Below the pieces are notes generated by a model that saw only the letters and a program-made list of their open reading frames with translations, searched no databases and was not told where the DNA came from. 64,000 bases of DNA from NCBI GenBank assembly GCA_013204025.1, contig JABMOW010000126.1, positions 4,399-68,398 of the forward strand. Reading direction: 5' to 3'. Within the stretch, counting starts at the first letter, position 1, and the number at the start of each line of letters is the position of its first letter. The position numbers and the translations under genes were made by a program. This DNA is from Fidelibacterota bacterium. Lineage in GTDB: Bacteria > Fidelibacterota > Marinisomatia > SCGC-AAA003-L08 > JACNLC01. Positions 9,223-19,979 of the stretch are shown one piece after another.

Positions 9223-10287
9223 TTATTCCGAAAAATCAGTGATATAAATATGCGTTGCACGAGGGTTTTCCGCGTCCCGGTTGGAGGCAAAGACCAATTG
9301 TTTACCATCCGCTTTAAACATTGGGAATGAATCAAATGTTTCGTTATGAGTCACCCGGGTCAGTCCACTGCCATCAACATTGATAAGATATAGTTCAAAG
9401 TTATGCCCAAATGTATGATATTCTTCATTCCAGTCATCCATATTGGAAGCAAAGATGATCCGTTTACCATTCGGGTGCCAAGACGGCGCCCAATTGGTTG
9501 CGCCATTATGAGTGAGTTGGACTTTATTCTTTCCATCAGCATCGGCAATATAAATTTCAAGGGGTACTGCTTCGATATAATTTTCACGAACATTTTCCGC
9601 CCACTTTGCTCTTTCCTCATCATTTTGAGGATACCACGCCCGCCATACAATTTTCGAACCATCAGGAGAATAAAATGCGGCACCATCGTAGCCATAATCA
9701 AAAGTGATCTGTTTAATATTTTCACCATTGGTGTCCATTTCAAACAGATTCATATCCTCATCCCGAAGTGATGAAAAAATGATCTTATCCAAAAAGGGAT
9801 GAACCGTTGCTTCCGCATCGTATCCTTCATTATGTGTGATCTGTTGAATATTGGACCCATCAGGATTCGCTTTGTAAATCTCAAAATTTCGAAGAGGCCA
9901 AATATATGTGTGCGGATCCTTCGGAACAAAAACTTCAGGGCAGGCAGTGCCTTCATGCATGGTAGAAGAGAAAATGATAAAGCTGTCATCCTTTGAATAA
10001 TACGAACAGGTGTGTGCGCCAATATCTGCGGATACCATTTTCTGATCGGAACCGTCCAGATTCATCGTGTAGATTTTGTCGCACTCGAATCCGTCTCGTT
10101 TGGACTGAAAGATCAATTTTTTTCCATCAACGCTGAGATATGCTTCTCCGTTATCTCCCTCGAAGGTCAATTGTTTGAGATTTGAAAGCAATACTTCTCC
10201 GTTGCTGTTACTGCAACCATTACCTACCAAAAATAAAACGACTAACACGATAAATAACTGTCTGTATTTCAACAGATTCATAATCAA
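9223..10287 (-). CDS. TolB-like periplasmic beta-propeller protein (PD40/WD40-like repeats)
   Basis: 354-aa ORF with a signal or lipoprotein-like N-terminus (LVGNGCS). It carries repeated PD40-type blocks: FSSxRDG, YSPDGSKIVW, PSWHPNGKRIIFASN and FKADGKQLVFASNRD. Confidence 0.85.
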   Translation of the reverse strand: MIMNLLKYRQLFIVLVVLFLVGNGCSNSNGEVLLSNLKQLTFEGDNGEAYLSVDGKKLIFQSKRDGFECDKIYTMNLDGSDQKMVSADIGAHTCSYYSKDDSFIIFSSTMHEGTACPEVFVPKDPHTYIWPLRNFEIYKANPDGSNIQQITHNEGYDAEATVHPFLDKIIFSSLRDEDMNLFEMDTNGENIKQITFDYGYDGAAFYSPDGSKIVWRAWYPQNDEERAKWAENVRENYIEAVPLEIYIADADGKNKVQLTHNGATNWAPSWHPNGKRIIFASNMDDWNEEYHTFGHNFELYLINVDGSGLTRVTHNETFDSFPMFKADGKQLVFASNRDAENPRATHIYITDFSE

Positions 10288-10293
10288 TATTCC

Positions 10294-10605
10294 TTATTTT
10301 GACAATTTATTGAATTTAAATTCTTTCGGTGTACATCCCCACTTCTTTAGGATATGCTCTATCTTTTGTTTATCAACTTTTGAGCCATCATATTGGAGGG
10401 TAATTGTATGGTTGAGTGTGGTACCATCGCATGATTTAACGCCTCTGATATCCTCGAATTCTTTCTCAAGATTTTCCATGGTTTCTTGAGATGAAAGGGT
10501 CGGAATTTCGATCACAACCTGAGTGATGTCTTTTGGTCTTCCATAATCAGAAGCCAGGATAAAGAATGATATTAATATAAAAGCTAGGACCAAAAATGAT
10601 CTCAA
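10294..10605 (-). CDS. Small secreted hypothetical protein
   Basis: 103-aa ORF with a signal peptide, located 6 nt upstream of the TolB-like gene. It has ferredoxin-like (HMA-like) beta-alpha-beta periodicity but lacks a CxxC metal site. Confidence 0.5.
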   Translation of the reverse strand: MRSFLVLAFILISFFILASDYGRPKDITQVVIEIPTLSSQETMENLEKEFEDIRGVKSCDGTTLNHTITLQYDGSKVDKQKIEHILKKWGCTPKEFKFNKLSK

Positions 10606-10725
10606 AAGTGTTTCCTTCTTTCAAATATAGCTATTGAAAATTAGGAGTATTTTTGCCTCCGGACAAGAAGTTCAGAGAGTGGTTTTTAGGAATATTCTAA
10701 CAATCAAATGGAATTCTAAATCAGT

Positions 10726-12021
10726 TTATTCTGATTCTGGTATTACGATGTTTCCTGCTGCTTCCATCCCCTCTTTCTCATCAACTTTTACAAGAAGGAA
10801 ACTACCCAAAATGAGGAAAAACAAGACTACCGCGATGCCTGCTCGCTGAGATTCAAATATATTTGTAAATACACCTAATAGAAACGGTCCCATAAATGCA
10901 GTGGCTTTCCCTGAAAATGCAAAAAATCCGAAAAACTCATTTTCTTTTTCTTTGGGGACAAACCGCGCCATCAAAGAGCGACTGGATGCTTGATTGGGTC
11001 CTGCGAAAATCCCAATAAGAATACCTGCTAACCAGAATACCGCTTTTGAGGAGGTAAGTATCGCTAGCAATACTGCAATAATCAGCCCGACTAAACTGAT
11101 TTGGATGGTTTTCTTGCCACCTAAAATATCATCTAGGAATCCCATTGCAAAGGCACCCATCCCTGCAGTGATATTTAATACAATCCCAAAGATAAATATT
11201 TCGCTCATGGTGAAGTGAAACGTGCCTGCTGCGAAAATTCCTCCAAACGCAAAAATAGTGATCAATCCATCATTATAAATCAAACGCGCGATAAGAAATC
11301 TGACTAGATTTTTATATCTTTTTATTTCACGAAATGTATCCCCCATTTGTCTGAAGGATTGTGAAAATAACTTTTTCCTTTGTCTCACAATATCTGAGTT
11401 TTCCCTAACCCAAATAAATGTAGGAAGACTGAATACAGCGAACCAGATTGCTACCAATAAAGTGGTTGCTCGTATGTTTTGACCTTGGTCTTTTGTGAAT
11501 CCAAACCAAGGAGTTTCAGGTTGGATCAGGAACATATAGGATATACCCAGAGCAAGCAATCCTCCCACATATCCAATTGACCAACCGTAACCGGAAATCC
11601 TTCCAATTTTTTCTTGAGGTGCAATATCCGGTAGGTAAGCATTACAGAACACACCACCCATCTCGAATCCTACATTGGCTAGAATAAACCAGAATAAAGC
11701 AGGAATTACACTGCCAGGTAATACCTTATACAACATCAGCGACCCGAGAATAGAGACCCATGTCCAAAGAATCAGGAAGAGCTTTCTAAAGCCACCCCGG
11801 TCTGCCATGGCACCCATTATTGGCGATAAGAGTGCAACCAATATACCTGTGATAGTGATCGCTCGAGACCATAATGCCATGCCAATAATCTCATTTTCAG
11901 CGACAACTTGAGTAAAATATGTCCCATAGATAAATGTAACAATCAGGGTCGTAAACGGCTGGTTGGCAAAATCATACAGCGACCAGGAAAAAATAGTCAG
12001 TTTCTTGTATGGTTGATTCAT
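10726..12021 (-). CDS. MFS transporter (UMF1 / Atg22-like family)
   Basis: 431-aa ORF with about 12 predicted TM helices. The N-terminal SWSLYDFANQPF block is typical of the UMF1 family. Confidence 0.85.
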   Translation of the reverse strand: MNQPYKKLTIFSWSLYDFANQPFTTLIVTFIYGTYFTQVVAENEIIGMALWSRAITITGILVALLSPIMGAMADRGGFRKLFLILWTWVSILGSLMLYKVLPGSVIPALFWFILANVGFEMGGVFCNAYLPDIAPQEKIGRISGYGWSIGYVGGLLALGISYMFLIQPETPWFGFTKDQGQNIRATTLLVAIWFAVFSLPTFIWVRENSDIVRQRKKLFSQSFRQMGDTFREIKRYKNLVRFLIARLIYNDGLITIFAFGGIFAAGTFHFTMSEIFIFGIVLNITAGMGAFAMGFLDDILGGKKTIQISLVGLIIAVLLAILTSSKAVFWLAGILIGIFAGPNQASSRSLMARFVPKEKENEFFGFFAFSGKATAFMGPFLLGVFTNIFESQRAGIAVVLFFLILGSFLLVKVDEKEGMEAAGNIVIPESE

Positions 12022-12274
12022 GAATTTTAGGAGAGGAAAAACTCTCTGAAAGGATTTATATTTTCGATTATCATTAACATAATTAGTGCGAATATTAGAC
12101 TGACTGAAAATTGATTTCCTATAAATAATATGTCCAGGTTTTCCAATGAGTATCTCTCAACCTGAAGTTATAGATTTTAATCTGGATTGGTAACCTGATC
12201 ACGGCAATCAAGGGTAATAAAAATGTTTTAAAATTCTGAAGGCACTGAATTCGACGGAATCCATTGTGGGTCTT

Positions 12275-13579
12275 TTACTCGTACAGCAGAAATTTCTCTC
12301 TGATTAGAAGAAATTCGGATACATCTTTCTCCCAAGTTCTAAAGAGCGAAGATGGATCGTTTTTGAGAGAGAAGTTTTTTTTCAATTCATCTGATCCGTA
12401 TAGCAGATCGATAAAATCGGTACTCATAAATTCAAACTGGTCAGGATATTTTTCTTTAATAATTGAGATCACCATGACAGCCGTTTGAAGCGGTAAAAAG
12501 GATTCACGGTCGGTGATGGTTATTCTACATCCTCCGCAAGGCTGATCTAAATATTTCGCCCATTTTGCCTTCCCGGGGATACTTTCCGGTGTAAAATCCA
12601 CGGATGAAAACCGCACACCCGGTAGACTTAACTGGTTGAGAATCGACGTCAGACTGTCACCGTCCATCCAGGGTGCACCAAATTGTTTGAATGGATCATG
12701 CGTCCCCCGTCCTTCCGAAATATTCGTCCCTTCCAAAAGACATAAGCCGTTATAGATCAGAGCCGTCGTATCATCCGGGATATTAGGTGACGGTGGAATC
12801 CAGGATAAATTCGTCTCATCAAACCACTGAGGTCGATACCAATTTTCCATGGGTATAACAGTGAGATCACATTGCGCACCATTTCTTATCCATCCAGATT
12901 CGTTGATCATTTTGGCCAACTCACCAATAGTCATTCCATGTCGTGTTGGGATGGGGTGCATCCCTACAAACGATCGAAAATTCGTTAACAGAATCGGTCC
13001 CTCAACCACTGAACCTCCAATGGGATTTGGTCTGTCCAATACAATCACAGGAATATTCGATACAGCAGCGGCCTCCATTACATAGGTAAGTGTGCTCAAA
13101 TATGTGTAATACCGAGAGCCTACATCCGCCATGTCAAAAACCAGAACATCTACATCGTCTAATTCTTCAGCTGATGGTTTTTTGTGATTACCATACAGAC
13201 TGATCACAGGGATATTCAGAGCGGATAGGGTATCATCAGCGACTGATTCACCGGCTTCACTGGTGCCCATAAATCCATGTTCAGGTGTGAATATTTTGGT
13301 AATGTGGATTGAATCTGTCTGATTCAGTAAATCAAGTATTGGTACACCTTTACGGTTTATACTGGTTCGATTAATAACCAACCCAATTGAAAGGTTTTTC
13401 AATTGATAAAATTCTTCTCGTTCCAGCACATCGAGTCCTGTCAAAGTGAATTCAGGTGTAATAGTTGGAGGTTCAGGTAATGGTTCAGGTTTTGGAACTG
13501 TTGAACAGGCGTGCATTACCAGTATTCCGATTATACACCAAAAAAGATGTATTGATTTAATTCGTTCGGGATAGATCAT
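12275..13579 (-). CDS. DUF1343 family protein (exo-beta-N-acetylmuramidase NamZ-like), lipoprotein
   Basis: 434-aa ORF with a lipoprotein-like N-terminus (ILVMHACS). DUF1343 blocks are present: VFDMADVGSRYYTYLSTL, LDRPNPIGG and GMHPIPTRHGMTIGELA. Confidence 0.85.
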   Translation of the reverse strand: MIYPERIKSIHLFWCIIGILVMHACSTVPKPEPLPEPPTITPEFTLTGLDVLEREEFYQLKNLSIGLVINRTSINRKGVPILDLLNQTDSIHITKIFTPEHGFMGTSEAGESVADDTLSALNIPVISLYGNHKKPSAEELDDVDVLVFDMADVGSRYYTYLSTLTYVMEAAAVSNIPVIVLDRPNPIGGSVVEGPILLTNFRSFVGMHPIPTRHGMTIGELAKMINESGWIRNGAQCDLTVIPMENWYRPQWFDETNLSWIPPSPNIPDDTTALIYNGLCLLEGTNISEGRGTHDPFKQFGAPWMDGDSLTSILNQLSLPGVRFSSVDFTPESIPGKAKWAKYLDQPCGGCRITITDRESFLPLQTAVMVISIIKEKYPDQFEFMSTDFIDLLYGSDELKKNFSLKNDPSSLFRTWEKDVSEFLLIREKFLLYE

Positions 13580-14975
13580 TTTTGATGAAGCACTTGATAA
13601 TTTTTTGAATAAATATAACGACGGTCAAATTCGTGAGTACAGAAATTGCAATGTACCATGTCCACGCAATACCAACATGTTGTAATAGAAATACCACAGC
13701 AATACTACCAAATAATCCGGTAAAAATTGCAACGCGATGAATAATCCAGGGTAATTTTTCGAGTATGAACAAACTGAGTAATGCACCATATGTAAATGAT
13801 GCTATTTTCAGTCCGACGACTACAACCTGATCGTTTGATTCATCAAATAATAGCGCTACTGTCATCAGTACGCCTGCCCAAAATAGACTGACAATTTTAG
13901 AAAATTTCAACGTAGCACGTGATTTAAACCAATCCATCACTGTCGATGATGCCAACGCATTCATTGATGAGCTAAGGGTAGACATTGCAGCAGATAGAAC
14001 GCCCGCCAAAAGAATTCCTCTCAATCCTACAGGAAGATAATTCACAATGAAGGTGGAGAACTCCCGGTCCTTTTCCAATACCGCACCATCCATAAAATGA
14101 AATAATAGCGTGCCCGCCAAAAGAAACAGAGTAAACTGTATGAAAACAAATATCCCGCTCCCAACCATTGCTTTCTTCGCATGAGATAGATTCTTGCATC
14201 CCAGCACTCGTTGAACCATTAGATAATCCGCACCATGGGACCCAAATGATAACAACGCTCCACCGATGAATGCGCTGAAAAAATTGAGTGGTGTGAAAAA
14301 GATATTCCCATCGAATCGAAAAATGTTCAATCTACCAGTGTCCAATGCATTTGACAGGAATGAAATAGATGATTTGTCCACGGTCATCACTATAAATAGA
14401 ATTGAAATGATCGCACCAGAAAGATAGAGAATGAACTGAAAGCTGTCTATCCACACGACTGCCCGTATCCCTCCTGAAAACGTATAGATAAGTGTCACCA
14501 CACCGATGACTAGCACCGACGCAGTAATAGACCACCCGGTAATTACCTGAACAATGGCTGCGGTTGCCAAAAACCGGACACCATCTGCAAGCACACGGGT
14601 AATCAGGAACAACAATGATGCAGACCGCTGAATTACAAGTCCGAATTTTTCATTCAGTGTTTCATAAATTGAAGTAACCCCGGATCGATAATATCCCGGA
14701 AGTAAAAACCGGGCAACCAAAATTCTGCCCAGTATGTACCCCATCGCCAGTTGCAGAAATGACCAATCTCCACGATAAGCAAGTCCGGGAACACTGATAA
14801 ACGTGAGGACTGATGTTTCTGTAGCAACGATGGAAAACATAGACATCCACCAGGGAAGTTTACGATCTGCAAGGAAGTAGTCGTCTGTTGATCGATTATA
14901 TTTCCGCTGCATCAGACCAAAAATTACCGTGGCTGTTAGAAAAATAATGATGATAAGGGTATCAATAAATGACAT
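13557..14975 (-). CDS. Sodium:solute symporter family (SSF) transporter
   Basis: 472-aa polytopic membrane ORF with an SSF-type N-terminus (DYFLADRKLPWW...SIVATETS). It overlaps the downstream NamZ-like gene by 23 nt. Confidence 0.85.
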   Translation of the reverse strand: MSFIDTLIIIIFLTATVIFGLMQRKYNRSTDDYFLADRKLPWWMSMFSIVATETSVLTFISVPGLAYRGDWSFLQLAMGYILGRILVARFLLPGYYRSGVTSIYETLNEKFGLVIQRSASLLFLITRVLADGVRFLATAAIVQVITGWSITASVLVIGVVTLIYTFSGGIRAVVWIDSFQFILYLSGAIISILFIVMTVDKSSISFLSNALDTGRLNIFRFDGNIFFTPLNFFSAFIGGALLSFGSHGADYLMVQRVLGCKNLSHAKKAMVGSGIFVFIQFTLFLLAGTLLFHFMDGAVLEKDREFSTFIVNYLPVGLRGILLAGVLSAAMSTLSSSMNALASSTVMDWFKSRATLKFSKIVSLFWAGVLMTVALLFDESNDQVVVVGLKIASFTYGALLSLFILEKLPWIIHRVAIFTGLFGSIAVVFLLQHVGIAWTWYIAISVLTNLTVVIFIQKIIKCFIKNDLSRTN

Positions 14976-14986
14976 GGTTCTCTCTG

Positions 14987-17893
14987 TTAATCGGTTATGA
15001 GTGCCTTCATCACTTCGGTATGGAATCTCCTGCGTACCTCATAAATCCCGCCTCTGTCTCGTGTGGGATGTACCCGGTTTGTGAGCATCACGACGACAAT
15101 TTTTCGGTCGGGATCAACCCAAAGAGACGTACCTGTAAACCCCAAATGACCGTATGAACTATCAGAAAACATATCTCCGGCAGAACTGTGGCCATTTCTT
15201 GATGGTGTGTCCCACCCAATCGCTCGATCTGATCCAGCAGGTAAGTCCTGTCGTCGGGTGTACTGGTTGATCATCCAACTTTCAAAATATCGTCGTCCCA
15301 GAAACGTTCCACCATTGACCATCATCTGTGCGTAGTTGGCAATATCCATTGCAGTTGAAAAGACTCCTGCATGAGGTGCTACACCACCCATGAGATACGT
15401 ATTTTCATCATGCACCACCCCTTGAATCAGGGTATGCCGATAAACGGAATCGTACTCCGTGGGAGCGATCTTCGGTTTCAGTGATGCAGCTGGCAGATAA
15501 CCGGTATGATCCATATTAAATGGTTTAAAAACCCAACTCCTTGCCATGCTGTCCAGGCTGCGTTTTCCGACTTTTTCAAGGATTTTTCCCATGAGGATCA
15601 TTCCAAGGTCGCTGTACTGGTATTGACTTCCCGGCGTAAAATCCAATGAAGTGGAAAGGATATCCACTATCACATCATCAGAATTTGAAAATCCATCCAT
15701 CTGATAGTAGGTCTTAAAAGGAGGCAAACCTGATGAATGTGTCATCAAATGTCGGAGTGTGACGCTCTCCTTGCCACCACCCGTAAATTCCGGGAAATAT
15801 TGATCCACCGTATGGTCCAACCCAATAAGGTATTTGGATGATAATTTCATCGTGATAGGTGTGGTCACCAATACCTTTGTTAAAGATGCCACATCGTATC
15901 GGGTCTGATCCGTGACTTCTGGAGAATCGGAGTCATAAGTCAAATGTCCAAATGAACGGTTGGCAATCAGTTTACCATCCTGTGCGATGAAAATCTGTGC
16001 GCCAGGGAAAATTCGCTCATCGATAGCGCTATCCAAAACCGCCCATGCTGCAGATAGATCGATATCAGTAACGGACAAATCAAATACGCGGGTCCTTTTC
16101 GGGATCGATATTCCGTGCCCTGCAGGATATTTTTCGCTGAGGGTTACAGGTAACTGACCATTCACATCAATCCTGCCCAACACCGCATCTGCTGCTGCAG
16201 AAAGGGAAACTGACCCATAACCGTATGCGCAAATGTATGTATTTAAAATGTCATATCTGGGAAGGTATGGACTTCCAAAACTGATGGTGATAAATGGAAT
16301 ATTTGCATCATTTAATTTTTTAAGTAAAAGATCATGACTGCTGTCAATAGTTGAGTTATCCTTCCCCATATGAATCCTCACTAACAAAGTGACAATCACC
16401 TGATCCATGTTTTCTAAGGTATTCACGATCTCACTTATCCGGTTGTCAGACAGGACTTCGGTGACGAGAATATTTGTTACGTTGCCGTGAGTAGACGAAA
16501 TATCATTTAGAAACACGGATAATTTATCCTGTACCTTGTCATCGGTGGATAATACCAGATGTCCGAGTTTGAAAATCTTCTCCGGTTTCAACGGCAATTG
16601 TCCGTTATCTTTTACCACCGTGATGGACTCGCGTGCGATCCGTTTGGCTGTATTTTTATGATCAGATTTTCCGATCATTTTCTGGGCATCTTCCCAGTTC
16701 GATGATCCTGATTCAGAGAATAATCCAAGTTCGGTTTTTGCACCCCATATTCTGGCTACCGATTCATCAATTCTGGCCTCGCTAATTCTCCCAGACAAAA
16801 CTGCCTGTTCAATGGCATCGATAGTCTGCCCCACGTCCATTGGGAGCAACAGGATATCCACCCCCGCTTCCACCGACCGTACGGCCGATTCACCTGCCCA
16901 CGCGGATTTAGTGAGACCCGCCATTTCCATTCCATCGGTGACAATCAATCCGTCAAATCCCCACTCATCTCTCAAAATCCCGGAAGTGATCTTATAGGAA
17001 TGGGTTGCCGGGAGATAACCGTCAATGCCAGGTAGAGCCATATGTCCAATCATGATCATTTTTATACCGTCTTTCACCGCTTGATGAAAGGGATAAAGTT
17101 CCATTTTATCAAGTGATTTCCGATCACCGGATATGACCGGCAGACGACTATGGCTGTCAGTAGCAGTATTGCCATGCCCTGGGAAATGTTTGGCGCATGC
17201 GATCATTCCTTCGCTTTGCAGTCCTTTAATAAACTGATTTCCATATTGGGTAACCAATTCTGGATCGTCGCCATAGGAACGGAAATTGATTATTGGGTTT
17301 CGGGGATTGTTATTCACGTCCATCACTGGAGAAAAGGAGATATGAACACCCAGTGTAGTTGCCTCTTTAGCGGTGATCACGCCCTGCTGAAATGCGTTCT
17401 CTGGGTTATCGGTCGCGGCTACAGCCATATTTGGTGGAAAAAGTGTGGCATCATCCATCCATTGACCGGTACCACGCTCATAATCCGCTGCTACCAATAA
17501 TGGAATCGATGACCATTCCTGGAATGTTTTGATATTTTGGAACGTCCCGTTTACACTGCCCCCAAAGGTGATCACCCCTCCAATTCCCACATTTTGGAAA
17601 TACCATTTAAAATCTTTCCACTGCCAGGTATCTGAATTGTAAAAATCACCACGGATTCGGACCATGATCATTTGAGCGATTTTTTGCCGCAAAGATAATT
17701 TCTGCCAGTCCATTTCACCACTTCCAACATTTTCGTCGAGAGACTGAATGACCAACTCAGTTTCAATATTCAAAGACGATGCGGCATTAAGAGAATCCTG
17801 TTTAGTGGCTTGAACGGAATCTGTCTGTGCAGGAGCTTGGCATAAAATAAGTGAAAAGGATAAGGAAATGATCAGCGCGTAGAATAATTTCAA
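14987..17893 (-). CDS. Fusion protein: GH3 beta-N-acetylhexosaminidase (NagZ-like) + serine beta-lactamase/PBP-fold hydrolase
   Basis: 968-aa ORF with a signal peptide. The GH3 signature KHFPGHG...DSH sits in the N-terminal half. The C-terminal third has the SxxK motif (ASLTKV) and a class-C beta-lactamase/AmpH-like pattern. Confidence 0.85.
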   Translation of the reverse strand: MKLFYALIISLSFSLILCQAPAQTDSVQATKQDSLNAASSLNIETELVIQSLDENVGSGEMDWQKLSLRQKIAQMIMVRIRGDFYNSDTWQWKDFKWYFQNVGIGGVITFGGSVNGTFQNIKTFQEWSSIPLLVAADYERGTGQWMDDATLFPPNMAVAATDNPENAFQQGVITAKEATTLGVHISFSPVMDVNNNPRNPIINFRSYGDDPELVTQYGNQFIKGLQSEGMIACAKHFPGHGNTATDSHSRLPVISGDRKSLDKMELYPFHQAVKDGIKMIMIGHMALPGIDGYLPATHSYKITSGILRDEWGFDGLIVTDGMEMAGLTKSAWAGESAVRSVEAGVDILLLPMDVGQTIDAIEQAVLSGRISEARIDESVARIWGAKTELGLFSESGSSNWEDAQKMIGKSDHKNTAKRIARESITVVKDNGQLPLKPEKIFKLGHLVLSTDDKVQDKLSVFLNDISSTHGNVTNILVTEVLSDNRISEIVNTLENMDQVIVTLLVRIHMGKDNSTIDSSHDLLLKKLNDANIPFITISFGSPYLPRYDILNTYICAYGYGSVSLSAAADAVLGRIDVNGQLPVTLSEKYPAGHGISIPKRTRVFDLSVTDIDLSAAWAVLDSAIDERIFPGAQIFIAQDGKLIANRSFGHLTYDSDSPEVTDQTRYDVASLTKVLVTTPITMKLSSKYLIGLDHTVDQYFPEFTGGGKESVTLRHLMTHSSGLPPFKTYYQMDGFSNSDDVIVDILSTSLDFTPGSQYQYSDLGMILMGKILEKVGKRSLDSMARSWVFKPFNMDHTGYLPAASLKPKIAPTEYDSVYRHTLIQGVVHDENTYLMGGVAPHAGVFSTAMDIANYAQMMVNGGTFLGRRYFESWMINQYTRRQDLPAGSDRAIGWDTPSRNGHSSAGDMFSDSSYGHLGFTGTSLWVDPDRKIVVVMLTNRVHPTRDRGGIYEVRRRFHTEVMKALITD

Positions 17894-18999
17894 TTCTGAT
17901 TCTCCGTATATTTTTTTTCAATCCGCCCGGAAATGGAGACCAACAATTCATAAGGGATTTTTCCAAGGGATGCAGCAACAGCCTCTACTTTCATCTTCGG
18001 ATGGTTACCTCCCCACAAATTCACCATATCGCCTGGCTGGATATCTGAACCAGTCACATCAATGGTAAGCATGTCCATAGAAACTTTGCCAATAAAAGGA
18101 AATAGCTGTCCTTTACACAGACCAAATCCACTGTCTGATGATTGGACGGAGATACCATCTGCATAGCCTGCCTGAACAATTGCGATGGTTTTGTTCTGTT
18201 TGAGAATTTCAGTGCGGTTATATCCAATTGAATCACCTTTTTTCAGATGCTTAACCAAAGATACTGGTGCATTTAATGACATCACCGGTTTTAGCACGGA
18301 CTGATGTGGTTTGCTTGTTGTGGCTCCAAACAGAGCAATACCGGGCCGAACCAAATTAAAATGCGATTCTGGATATTTCAACGCGGCAGCGCTATTTGCA
18401 AGATGAAGAAATTTTATCCCTCCAATCTTGGACTGAATTTTTTTCGTGGTTAATTTGAACAGTTCTAATTGTCTATAAAAATAGTCACCGTTTTCTTCTT
18501 CTGAAGTGGATAGATGTGACCACAATCCTTCAAGCTTGACGTATGGAATTTTTGTTAAAGCTATCGCAAGTTTCATGGATTCTTCAACGGGGATGCCCAA
18601 TCTGCCCATCCCAGTGTCAATTTTTAAATGAACTACAATGGGAGCGGTTCTCTTTTTCGATGCCCATTCAAGTAGGGAGATATCCTCAAATGAGTTGACG
18701 GTATACCAGATATTATACTGATGTTTTATTTCCAGTACTTCTTTATGTAAACGTCCTAAATGCAGTATTGGCTTTGTTATTGCCCCGCTTATCAATTGTT
18801 CTAGCTCTGAAATAACGGCGACACAAAATCCATCAATCCCCATTTTTTCTAAAGACTTTGCTATTGGAATCAATCCATGTCCATAAGCGTCCGCCTTAAC
18901 TACTGCAAATATCCGGGCGTCTCCAGTCCTTTCCCGGATGACTCCATAATTATATCTCAAATTTTCTAAGTTGATATCAGCTGATGGAACGATCCGCAC
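17890..18999 (-). CDS. alr: Alanine racemase
   Basis: 369-aa ORF with the PLP-lysine motif AVVKADAYGHG and a typical Alr length and C-terminal beta-domain. It overlaps the downstream gene by 4 nt. Confidence 0.92.
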   Translation of the reverse strand: MRIVPSADINLENLRYNYGVIRERTGDARIFAVVKADAYGHGLIPIAKSLEKMGIDGFCVAVISELEQLISGAITKPILHLGRLHKEVLEIKHQYNIWYTVNSFEDISLLEWASKKRTAPIVVHLKIDTGMGRLGIPVEESMKLAIALTKIPYVKLEGLWSHLSTSEEENGDYFYRQLELFKLTTKKIQSKIGGIKFLHLANSAAALKYPESHFNLVRPGIALFGATTSKPHQSVLKPVMSLNAPVSLVKHLKKGDSIGYNRTEILKQNKTIAIVQAGYADGISVQSSDSGFGLCKGQLFPFIGKVSMDMLTIDVTGSDIQPGDMVNLWGGNHPKMKVEAVAASLGKIPYELLVSISGRIEKKYTENQN

Positions 19000-19978
19000 G
19001 TAATTGCTCCGTGATGGAAATCAAAGAAACCGGGATTTTACGGAATTTACTTGCTAAAATTCCAGCGCCATATGCAGGGGATAATTCAGAAAACACCCAG
19101 CCCAAATGAGGAATATCAAACCGTAACGCATCTCGCAGTCCATTGCGATAAAGAGGATTATTTAATACACTACCATTACCTGCGATGATAAAGGGATTGG
19201 TTTTGGTATTTACATTCATTTCTGCGGCCAGTTCAATTATGAGTTCGGCAACACTCATTGTAGCTTCCTGAATAATTCCAAGAGCAACGTCATTTCCATC
19301 GTCCGCTAATTGACAAATGGGTAGGCATAAAGATGCAATTTTAGATACAGATTTGGTAGATTTCATCGCTGATTCCACCGCATCAGAGAAGTCGTCACCA
19401 TCAAAGTGACCGGTTATAAGTGTGGAGATGGCCATCAAATCCGGTTCTGAATGGATGGTATTATCGCTCAAAGCCACTTTTAGCATGGCTTCTTTCCCCA
19501 TCCAGAAACCACTCCCACTATCTACATCGTGTCCCAGCCCACCGGTTCTGATGATTTCTCCGTTATCATTTCTCGCCATACAAATCACACCGGTACCGAT
19601 GGAAACCAGAATCCCTTTTCCGATGGGACAACTGATCTCATATGCAGCTTCTGCATCCGACATAATGATCGCACGATTGGATATCTGCATGCCATCCAAT
19701 TCTTTAAAAACTTTATCTCTGCCATCCTCATTGCTAGCTCCTGCCAATCCTAATCCGATGGCGTCAATTTCGGTTAGCTCCAGATTGTGTTTTGTGCATA
19801 AAGCGTTAATCGCTTTTGATATCCGCCCAGGGGCTTTATCAAAATTAACCGTAAGGCTGCTCCCCTTGAATGATATTTGATCAATGGTTTTTCCATTATC
19901 ATCAAAAAGGATCGCTTTGCTATGAGATGCACCGCCGTCAATTCCGATGATCAGTTTTGGTCGTATTGAGTTCTTCAA
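18977..19978 (-). CDS. BadF/BadG/BcrA/BcrD-type ATPase, probable N-acetylglucosamine/N-acetylmuramate kinase
   Basis: 333-aa ORF with the ASKHA phosphate-1 motif IGIDGGASHSK and a DxGSG block. Confidence 0.8.
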   Translation of the reverse strand: MKNSIRPKLIIGIDGGASHSKAILFDDNGKTIDQISFKGSSLTVNFDKAPGRISKAINALCTKHNLELTEIDAIGLGLAGASNEDGRDKVFKELDGMQISNRAIIMSDAEAAYEISCPIGKGILVSIGTGVICMARNDNGEIIRTGGLGHDVDSGSGFWMGKEAMLKVALSDNTIHSEPDLMAISTLITGHFDGDDFSDAVESAMKSTKSVSKIASLCLPICQLADDGNDVALGIIQEATMSVAELIIELAAEMNVNTKTNPFIIAGNGSVLNNPLYRNGLRDALRFDIPHLGWVFSELSPAYGAGILASKFRKIPVSLISITEQLRADRSIS

Positions 19979-19979
19979 T

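Noticed and set aside
9360-10022. Several 65-127-aa ORFs (9360-9743 -, 9403-9771 +, 9750-10022 -, 9799-9996 +) inside the TolB-like gene
   Set aside because: They are alternative-frame or antisense shadows of a well-supported 354-aa PD40-repeat CDS. Their translations are low-complexity and basic, with no motifs.
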